From positions 3,267 through 67,266 of the forward strand of contig JAUVVY010000013.1 in the NCBI GenBank assembly GCA_030604405.1: DNA of 64,000 bases. The letters are read 5' to 3'. The translations under genes and the position numbers were made by a program. The DNA comes from a bacterium. GTDB taxonomy: Bacteria > Armatimonadota > Zipacnadia > Zipacnadales > UBA11051. Positions 57,340 through 64,000 of this stretch are shown piece by piece. The notes beneath the pieces were generated by a model. That model saw only the letters and a program-made list of their open reading frames with translations. It searched no databases and had not been told where the DNA came from. How positions within the stretch are numbered: position 1 is the stretch's first letter; the number at the start of each line of letters is the position of its first letter.

Positions 57340-60270
57340 CTACTGTTCCGCGCTGACCAGCTCCCCCAGGCGCTGCTTGGCTCGTGCCACCCACTCCGTT
57401 TCTGCCGGAAAGCTATCTATGAGCTGCCGGTACGTGGCCGTGGCCTGTTTGAGTTGGCCGACCTTTTCGTAGCAAATACCTGCAGCGTACAGGGCCTTGG
57501 CAGCCAGTTCCGTCGGCGCGTCGCCCGCAGCCAGTTTCACGTACAGTTCGGCTGCAAGCGCAAAATCATTTTGCAGCCGGCTCAAGTCAGCAGCTTCGAA
57601 CTGCGCCTCGGCGCGTAGAGCCGGCTCCGGGCTTTCCACAAGCTCTGTCAGCATTTCCGCAGCGCGCTTGTACTGTTGAAGCTCCTTGTAGCTGCGAGCC
57701 AGCGCCAGCTTCGTCTGTGGCGTGTACGGCGAATCGGGAAACACCTGCACCAGACGCTGCAGCACCGGCGCCGCCTTTGCCGCCTCGCCGCCGGCCAGGT
57801 AAGCCTGTCCCAGCAGGTGCAGCAGCGCGGGCAGTTGGTCGGCGTCTGCCATATCGCTGCCCGGCGCCAAAATCTCGGCGGCCGCTGCGTATTCGCCCTG
57901 GTGCATGAGAATGTAGCCGGCCTGCAAGCGGGCGTCGAAAGCTATCTGCGGGTTGTCGGCGGCTTCGCTGGCAATGCGGAAATGCGTCAGCGCAGCCTCC
58001 GACCTATCAGTTTTCATCAGCGCCCAGGCCAGCTTGTAGTGAGCTTCGTCAGCCAGATCGCTGGAGTCGTATTCATCAAGCAAGCGGCGGTAAAGCTCCG
58101 CCGCTGTCGTGAAACTTCCCTGCCTGTAGCGCTGTTCGGCTGCCCAGAATAGGCCATCCGGCGCAAGTTCGTGCTGCGGGTAGTTATCAGCGATCTTCAA
58201 GTAGGTATCGCCGGCCAGCAATGGCTTGTTGGCCTGCAGGTATATCTCAGCAAGCGCCATTAGCGCCTGGGGTGCCCAGGAGGCTTTGGGCTCGGCGGCT
58301 AGTGCCTGCTCAAGCTGCTCGATTGCGATGCTGTATTGGCCCAGGCCGGAAAGCGCTACGCCTAACTGCGCTCGCGCCTGAGCGGCTTGTGGCGCGTCGG
58401 GGAATTCCTTCAGACAATGCTGATAGACATCTGCTGCGTGCTGGTACTGCCCGGCCCCCAGCCTTGCATCCCCAGCGCCTCGCAGTGCTGTGGCTGCCCA
58501 CGCGCTCTTCGGGTCTGTGTCGTATGCGGCGCGGTACGTTTTGGCCGCATTGTCCCATTCTTGGCCTCGGTAGTACGCGTCAGCCACCAGACACAGCAAC
58601 TGTGGCCGCCCGTCCCACGCCAAGCTGTCAGGCCTGATCTGGCCGATTAGCGTGAGGGCCCCTGCCAGTTCGCCGGCGTCAATGTCCAGAAGCACCAGAC
58701 CGGCCCGCGCCGCATCGGCCCAGTCGCCTTCCGGGTAATCCGCAAGCACCTTGCCAAATGTCTGTCGGGCTTGTTCTGCCTGCCCGAGATGCCGCTGCGA
58801 GCGCCCACTGATGACCAGCGCCTCGGCCAGGTTCGGGTGCTGCGGGTGGTGTTGCAGAATCACTCCCGCCAGCTCCAGCGCTGCCTCGTATTGCCCCTCA
58901 CTGAGACACAACTGCGCGGTTGTCAGTGCGCTGCGTGTGGCCGTCCGGCTTTTCGGATTGTGAACGAGCAGCGACTTCAGCGCGTCCAGATTCTCCGCTG
59001 ACCGCTCCTGGTGGTACGCTGTCCACGCGGCTCGGTACTTTGCCTCCAGAACCAGCTCTTCATCCTCGCCGCTGGCGGCTGCCTGCTCGTAGGCCGCGTG
59101 GGCGTCAGCCAGTCTGTCGGCAGCGTAGTACAGCGCCCCCAGCCGCAAGTGGGCCTCGGCCCGGTTCTCGTGGTCCGGATACTCCTCGACGAAGCTATTA
59201 AACGCGGCAACAGCAGCGTCCGCCCGCTCATCCAGTTGGTAAGTCAGAGCCTGCCAGTACGCTGCCGTGGCTGCGTAAGGGTTATGCTCATCGGCAGCCA
59301 CTTCGCCGTAAAGCCGGGTAGCGTCGGGATACTCTTTTGCCGAAAACAGCGCATCGGCAGCCCTCAAACTTGACCGGGCGCCAACTTCCGTGCCCCGGTA
59401 TCGCCTTGCTATTTCGCTGAAGGTCTTACTGGCCTCAGAGAAAGCGCCCTGGCCGAATTGCGCCGAACCGACCCCGGCCAGGGCATGGGGGACAAATTCG
59501 CCGTCCGGGTGCTCGGCAACGAGCCGCCGGTAATGTGCGGTGGCTTCATCGAACTGTTGCAGCGCCTCACACGCCCGGCCCATGCCGTAGAGCGCATCTG
59601 GCACAACCTCGCTGTCCGGGAATTCCTGCAGCAGTTGCTTGAAGCTTTCGAGCGCGGCCTGGTTGTCGGTCTCCGCCTCAATAGTAGCTATCGAGTACAG
59701 CGCGTACGCTGCGTAGTCGCCTTTGGGGGCCAGTGACAGGCTTTTCCGGTACGCCTCCAAAGCCGGTTGTTTCTGTCCGTTCTGATAGTACGCCTCGCCC
59801 AGCCAGTAGGTAGCTTTGTCCCTGATATCGCTGTCCGGGTACTTTTCGAGCATTTCGCTGAAACAATCCGCCGCAGTATCGTACTGCTCCAGTTGAAACA
59901 GGCAATTGCCGATCCGGAAATATGCGTCATCTACGTCCGACCAGTCGGGGTACTTGTCAATCACATGGTGGTAGCTGGCCAACGCCTGCTCGTAGCGCTG
60001 CAGGTTGAAGAGACACTCGCCCGACGCAAAGTGCGCCAGTGGCATCGCCTCGTGTTCGGGGTGCTGCGCGATAAACGCCTGGTAGTGCTTCAGCGCCTCT
60101 TCCCACTTCTCGGCATCCAGCGCACGCCCGGCATCCAGGAGCAGGTCCCCGGCCAAGCCCTGTGCGAAAACTGCCGCCGGCCCCAGCGCTAGAACAAGCA
60201 ACGCCATTGCCACAACTGCCGCCCGGACGCCCATAAGACTGCGGCGGCGCGCGATAGTAGGACTCAACAT
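57340..60270 (-). CDS. large secreted tetratricopeptide-repeat protein (YbgF/TolA-like TPR arrays)
   Basis: More than 20 TPR units (…YRLGxxYxxxGQYDxAIExFQxLLxxYPDS… repeated). N-terminus MLSPTIARRRSLMGVRAAVVAMALLVLALGPAAVFA has an RRR-containing, possibly Tat-type, signal. The ORF also opens at 60330. Confidence 0.7.
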   Translation of the reverse strand: MLSPTIARRRSLMGVRAAVVAMALLVLALGPAAVFAQGLAGDLLLDAGRALDAEKWEEALKHYQAFIAQHPEHEAMPLAHFASGECLFNLQRYEQALASYHHVIDKYPDWSDVDDAYFRIGNCLFQLEQYDTAADCFSEMLEKYPDSDIRDKATYWLGEAYYQNGQKQPALEAYRKSLSLAPKGDYAAYALYSIATIEAETDNQAALESFKQLLQEFPDSEVVPDALYGMGRACEALQQFDEATAHYRRLVAEHPDGEFVPHALAGVGSAQFGQGAFSEASKTFSEIARRYRGTEVGARSSLRAADALFSAKEYPDATRLYGEVAADEHNPYAATAAYWQALTYQLDERADAAVAAFNSFVEEYPDHENRAEAHLRLGALYYAADRLADAHAAYEQAAASGEDEELVLEAKYRAAWTAYHQERSAENLDALKSLLVHNPKSRTATRSALTTAQLCLSEGQYEAALELAGVILQHHPQHPNLAEALVISGRSQRHLGQAEQARQTFGKVLADYPEGDWADAARAGLVLLDIDAGELAGALTLIGQIRPDSLAWDGRPQLLCLVADAYYRGQEWDNAAKTYRAAYDTDPKSAWAATALRGAGDARLGAGQYQHAADVYQHCLKEFPDAPQAAQARAQLGVALSGLGQYSIAIEQLEQALAAEPKASWAPQALMALAEIYLQANKPLLAGDTYLKIADNYPQHELAPDGLFWAAEQRYRQGSFTTAAELYRRLLDEYDSSDLADEAHYKLAWALMKTDRSEAALTHFRIASEAADNPQIAFDARLQAGYILMHQGEYAAAAEILAPGSDMADADQLPALLHLLGQAYLAGGEAAKAAPVLQRLVQVFPDSPYTPQTKLALARSYKELQQYKRAAEMLTELVESPEPALRAEAQFEAADLSRLQNDFALAAELYVKLAAGDAPTELAAKALYAAGICYEKVGQLKQATATYRQLIDSFPAETEWVARAKQRLGELVSAEQ

Positions 60271-60408
60271 TTCGAACTCCTTGGATAGGTCTTGTGTCGA
60301 AAGCGCTGATCGTTTGTGCGCACCGTGCATGCGTAGTGTTTAGTCAAATCAAAGCCGCCACGGTTGCGGCATAGATGGTCTTCCTTGTGCTTGTGAAGAC
60401 TATCGCCG

Positions 60409-61302
60409 CTACTCTTGCACCGACAGCCCCAGATCGCCAAGTACCTGGCGCAGCCGCTGTTTCGCTTCACCAGACATCGGGCCTACGGGTCGGGCGGTGG
60501 GACCTACCGGCAGGCCGATCGCACGAGCGGCCTCCTTGATCGGGTCCGGCACTGTGCTCAGAGCGAAGCAGCGGCGCAGCGGCATCACGCGCAACTGCGC
60601 TTCCCACGCGGCCTCCAGGTCACCGCCACGGAAGCTTTCATACAGTGAAACCAGCAGCCCCGGAACGATATTGGCTGTGGCGGCCACCGCGCCGGCGGTC
60701 CCGGCGCCTAGAGCCGCGCAGATCAGCCCGTCATTACCGTTCATCACCGCAGTGTCGCCAGGCGTCAGGCGGATGTGGTCTATTGTGTTGTTGAGGTCCC
60801 CGCTTGAGTCTTTGATCCCGACGATGTTGTCAATTTCGGCGAGGCGGGCCATGGTCTGCGGTGCGATGCTAATATGAGTGCGGCTGGGCAGGTCATATAG
60901 CAGCACCGGCAGGTCGGTAGCCTCGGCGATGGCGCGGAAATGGGCGTAGAGTTCGTCCTGGCCGGGGGAGATGAAGTACGGGGCCACAACCGAGACCCCG
61001 TCAGCCCCGGCTTCCTCCGCCCCCCGCAGGTTTGCCAGCGCCGCGCGGGTGGTTACTGCACCCACGCCGGCCAGTACCGGAACGCGGCCGGCCACCGCCT
61101 GTACGTAGGCGGCGATGACTGCCTCTCGCTCCTGCGTCGTCAGGGCATAGGCTTCCCCGTGGGTGCCGACCACAAACAACCCGTGAACGCCTGCGCCCAG
61201 CACGTACTCGACCAGCGTGGGGATGGCTTCCAGATTCGGGCTTTCGTCCGGGTTCATTGGAGTCAGCATCGCCGGATAGATGCCGTGAACTGGGAATTCC
61301 AC
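60409..61302 (-). CDS. DapA/NanA-family class I aldolase (4-hydroxy-tetrahydrodipicolinate synthase or N-acetylneuraminate lyase-like)
   Basis: …LFVVGTHGEAYALTTQER…IVGIKDSSGD… carries the Schiff-base Lys context of this family. Confidence 0.75.
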   Translation of the reverse strand: MEFPVHGIYPAMLTPMNPDESPNLEAIPTLVEYVLGAGVHGLFVVGTHGEAYALTTQEREAVIAAYVQAVAGRVPVLAGVGAVTTRAALANLRGAEEAGADGVSVVAPYFISPGQDELYAHFRAIAEATDLPVLLYDLPSRTHISIAPQTMARLAEIDNIVGIKDSSGDLNNTIDHIRLTPGDTAVMNGNDGLICAALGAGTAGAVAATANIVPGLLVSLYESFRGGDLEAAWEAQLRVMPLRRCFALSTVPDPIKEAARAIGLPVGPTARPVGPMSGEAKQRLRQVLGDLGLSVQE

Positions 61303-61335
61303 TGCGCACCTCCTTGGGCTTGTGCAGAGCTTGGA

Positions 61336-63489
61336 CTATTGCCGCTTTTGCTTGAGGCTTTGGCGAAGCTGATGCAGGGCGGATAGGACCTGATCTGCGC
61401 TGGCCGATTGCGCTGGCCGGCCGCTGAAACGGGCCACCGTGTACTGCACGGCGATCTCGTGGGCATCGCCGCGGATGTGAGCCAGGGCGTCGGGGATGCT
61501 GTCAACGAACTCGTGTGCTGGAGTTTGCGGCCAGTCAGGCGCCCCGTGGGCCGCCAGCAGCTTCCTCATGCGGCGGTAGGCCCAGACGATTCGCTCGCGG
61601 GAACCGGTGGCCAGTGGCGGGCGGTTGCGCTGCCATTCGAGATACGAACGCGAGCCGACGAAGACCACAGTCAAGATCAGCAGGCCGCCGGCCGCTAACG
61701 GCCAATAGGAGCGTGCATACGCGACCACCACTGCGAGCCGCTGTTTGACCGAGCCGGTCACCTCCCGCCATACATCGCCGAAGGTCCGTTGCTCCTGCTC
61801 GCGGGCGGCGGGAGTTGGTTCGAAGCTCATCCAGCCGCCCTCCGCCACATAAACCTCCGGCCAGGCATGTGCGTCTTCGCCGCGGACCACGTAGAGGTCC
61901 TTTTCGGCATCGCGGACCTCGCCTCGCGTAAAGCCGACAGCCATGCGGGCGGGCAGGCCGATGCTGCGACACATTATGACCATGGCGGTCGCGAAGTGGT
62001 AGCAGTAGCCGCGTTTCGTATCGAACAGGAATGCCTCGACGAGCTCCTTTGGCCACGTCCGCGGTGTGGCCAGATCATACTCATACTCATAGGCCAGATG
62101 CAGTTCTATTGCCCGCGCTTTCTCAAAACCCGTCGGCGCATCGGCGGTTAACTCCAGGGCCAGTTCTTTGATCTCTGGCGCAAGGTCATCAGGGAGCTGC
62201 AAGTACCTGTCCTGCAGCACCTGCCTGTCCACGGGATAGGCAATGCCGCCGGCATTAGGCAATGTTGGTGGCACCTCCGCTATGAGCGTGTAAGTCTGTG
62301 TGCCGATAGCATAGGTGCGTGGTGAGATAGTACCGTCTGGGTTGTAGTATATGCTGGCGACAGGGGTCTGGATAGAGACGGGATAAAGAGCGACAGGAAT
62401 CGCAGCCCCGAACGCGGCGTGTGGGGTAACGCGAAGCTCTGTGGTGACGGTGGCATTGCTGAGGCCCGAGCCCTCCCGGGGGATCTGCCAGGCCCCCGCT
62501 GGGTCGGCTTCCGTAACACGATTGCTGGCCAGGCGCCGCCTCCAGGTCCTGACCGTGTAGGTGTCATACGCGGTCGTGCGCCAGTTGGTGGGGCGCTCGC
62601 ACTCGACCTCCATGACGATCTGGCGGCCCTGTGGCGGCTCCAGACGCGGCAGCCACAATGATGACGGCGGTGTGTAGTCCCCCACCCGCGACATCAGATG
62701 CCGGGCGATTCTGTGCGCCAGGTAAATCCGGGCATTGTCGGCAAAGCTGGTCGAAAGCTCAGCACGCGCCGCCCAGAAGCCAACGCCAACGGCGACCAAT
62801 AGTGCCAGCAGATACAGCGCGGGCCAGGAGTAAAGAGTGCCTGATGAGCGTCGGGTGCGGCTGAAGCTCAGTCTCCCGACGTCTGCGTAGGCGCCTTCAA
62901 GCAACAGGCGGTGTTCCAGAGCTAACAGTGCCAGGGACCCGAACAGCAGCAGCGCCATCCCCATCAGCGCCGAATAGTGCCTGATGGCGACCAGTGAGAG
63001 CAACACGATCGAGGTGGCGGGCAGAATCGTCTGGACGAGCTCGGTGATGGTGCGCACCGAGAACGCTCTGAAGGCCGTTATCCACAGACACATCGCGATA
63101 AGAAATCGCAACGCCATATAGACGTCTTCCGGCGGCTGGCGGAAGTAAACTGCAACGGTCGGACCGAATTGGGCAATGCCCAGGACAACGGCGGCAAGAA
63201 AAACGACGTAGTTAACGGCTAGCCGGGATACTCTGCTGTAATGTAGATGGTAGGCGACTGGGAAGGCGGCTACCATCAGCAGGCCGATCTCGGCGACAAG
63301 GATAGGATTGGCCATGAATACTGAGCATGCCAGCAGGGCAGCAATCATCGTGGCCCAGGCGTAGAGGCACGCCCAGTACCACACGCCGGCACCCTCGACC
63401 TGCACCACGCGCGCCGGGTCATAAGGCGCCATCTCCAGACCCAGCAGACGGCGGAGGTGCTGCCGCGCTCGCGGCGGGATGCCTTTCAT
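61336..63489 (-). CDS. transglutaminase-like membrane protein (TgpA-like)
   Basis: Multi-TM N-terminal half plus transglutaminase core GYCYHFATAMVIMCRSIGLPARMAVGF…DAHAWPEVYV (Cys-His-Asp). Confidence 0.75.
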   Translation of the reverse strand: MKGIPPRARQHLRRLLGLEMAPYDPARVVQVEGAGVWYWACLYAWATMIAALLACSVFMANPILVAEIGLLMVAAFPVAYHLHYSRVSRLAVNYVVFLAAVVLGIAQFGPTVAVYFRQPPEDVYMALRFLIAMCLWITAFRAFSVRTITELVQTILPATSIVLLSLVAIRHYSALMGMALLLFGSLALLALEHRLLLEGAYADVGRLSFSRTRRSSGTLYSWPALYLLALLVAVGVGFWAARAELSTSFADNARIYLAHRIARHLMSRVGDYTPPSSLWLPRLEPPQGRQIVMEVECERPTNWRTTAYDTYTVRTWRRRLASNRVTEADPAGAWQIPREGSGLSNATVTTELRVTPHAAFGAAIPVALYPVSIQTPVASIYYNPDGTISPRTYAIGTQTYTLIAEVPPTLPNAGGIAYPVDRQVLQDRYLQLPDDLAPEIKELALELTADAPTGFEKARAIELHLAYEYEYDLATPRTWPKELVEAFLFDTKRGYCYHFATAMVIMCRSIGLPARMAVGFTRGEVRDAEKDLYVVRGEDAHAWPEVYVAEGGWMSFEPTPAAREQEQRTFGDVWREVTGSVKQRLAVVVAYARSYWPLAAGGLLILTVVFVGSRSYLEWQRNRPPLATGSRERIVWAYRRMRKLLAAHGAPDWPQTPAHEFVDSIPDALAHIRGDAHEIAVQYTVARFSGRPAQSASADQVLSALHQLRQSLKQKRQ

Positions 63490-64000
63490 CGCCGCACCCC
63501 CTCAGCCTCGCGCAGTGAGCTCATCGTCGCAAGCTGGGAGAATGCCTGTGACAACTCTGAAGCCGAGACCGCCAGCACCGCAGGCGCACCAGCAGCGCGA
63601 AGGCTCTCGAGTGCGGCGAGTTGTCGGCGTTGGACCATCTGTTCAGCATCATCAGCTCCGCACAGGATCACTCTAAGCCCGATGCCGCGAGCGGCAATCT
63701 CGCGCAAAGCGTCTATCGCAGCGGCCTCAATGCCGGAGGTGATGGCGAACACTGTGACGCCGGGCGGAACCAGGGCCGTCCATTCGCCGACATTGGCCGC
63801 GAACCCGCGCTGGCCGGCGGGCTTGGCCCTCGCCAGGGCAAATAGCCAGCGCTGGTAAGTCGATCGGCCGCGGTCCGGGGTGCGCAGACTGGTAGGGAGG
63901 CCCTCGCCGAAAAGTTCGATATCGAGATTGAGTTCGGTCAATATCTGGATCAGGGAAGCAGCGGCTACGACCTGGCATTCGAAGCTGCTTTTCGGCCCGT
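63486..64000 (-). CDS. DUF58/vWA-like protein (partial; 5' end beyond window)
   Basis: Open frame continues past 64000. The stop TGA overlaps the TgpA ATG (ATGA), matching the usual MoxR-DUF58-TgpA operon arrangement. Family assignment comes from context. Confidence 0.4.
   Translation of the reverse strand, partial: GPKSSFECQVVAAASLIQILTELNLDIELFGEGLPTSLRTPDRGRSTYQRWLFALARAKPAGQRGFAANVGEWTALVPPGVTVFAITSGIEAAAIDALREIAARGIGLRVILCGADDAEQMVQRRQLAALESLRAAGAPAVLAVSASELSQAFSQLATMSSLREAEGVRR

Noticed and set aside
1-64000. CRISPR arrays, tRNA/rRNA genes, transposases or integrases
   Set aside because: No regularly spaced short direct repeats with unique spacers, no cloverleaf-compatible segments, and no ORF with DDE, serine or tyrosine recombinase signatures. 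The only repeats are the REP-like hairpins and coding-sequence repeats (TPR, PD40, pentapeptide).

Overview
High-GC (~64%) bacterial chromosomal segment of about 50 genes. Gene content points to a Planctomycetota/Verrucomicrobiota-like glycan degrader, but I cannot confirm lineage from sequence alone. No transposase, integrase, tRNA, rRNA or CRISPR array was seen.

The window is dominated by secreted carbohydrate-active-type proteins. There are four proteins with BNR/Asp-box sialidase-like repeats, a heparinase II/III-like lyase with a carbohydrate-binding module (CBM), a very large glycoside-hydrolase-like protein with CBM9-like and LamG-like regions, and a duplicated module arranged as beta-helix/LamG protein, TolB-like propeller, TolB-like propeller, beta-helix/LamG protein.

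Central-metabolism and redox genes are interspersed with these:
- pyruvate/2-oxoacid dehydrogenase E1 alpha and beta
- malate dehydrogenase
- a two-subunit class I fumarase
- a galactitol/tagatose-type cluster (Zn-ADH, SDR, class II aldolase)
- two nitroreductases, a flavodoxin-like protein and a quinone oxidoreductase
- an MttB-family and a URO-D-family methyltransferase
- a DapA/NanA-family aldolase
- a DUF58-TgpA transglutaminase operon.

Features worth a second look:
- a compositionally atypical three-gene segment (2.3-5.4 kb) next to REP-like hairpin repeats
- an exact 25-bp direct repeat (510-534 and 6053-6077) whose right copy sits exactly where a class-V aminotransferase gene loses homology
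- a pentapeptide-repeat 2TM K+ channel gene interrupted by two in-frame TAG codons
- a DUF433/DUF5615 (PIN-like) toxin-antitoxin-type cassette inserted between the two fumarase subunit genes
- a TPR / MBL-fold / zinc-ribbon fusion protein
- a decayed FG-GAP gene remnant behind a near-consensus sigma70 promoter
- several perfect palindromes and hairpins in 5' regions.

All functional calls come from motif recognition in the translated ORFs, with no database search run. Gene start positions are the least certain coordinates.
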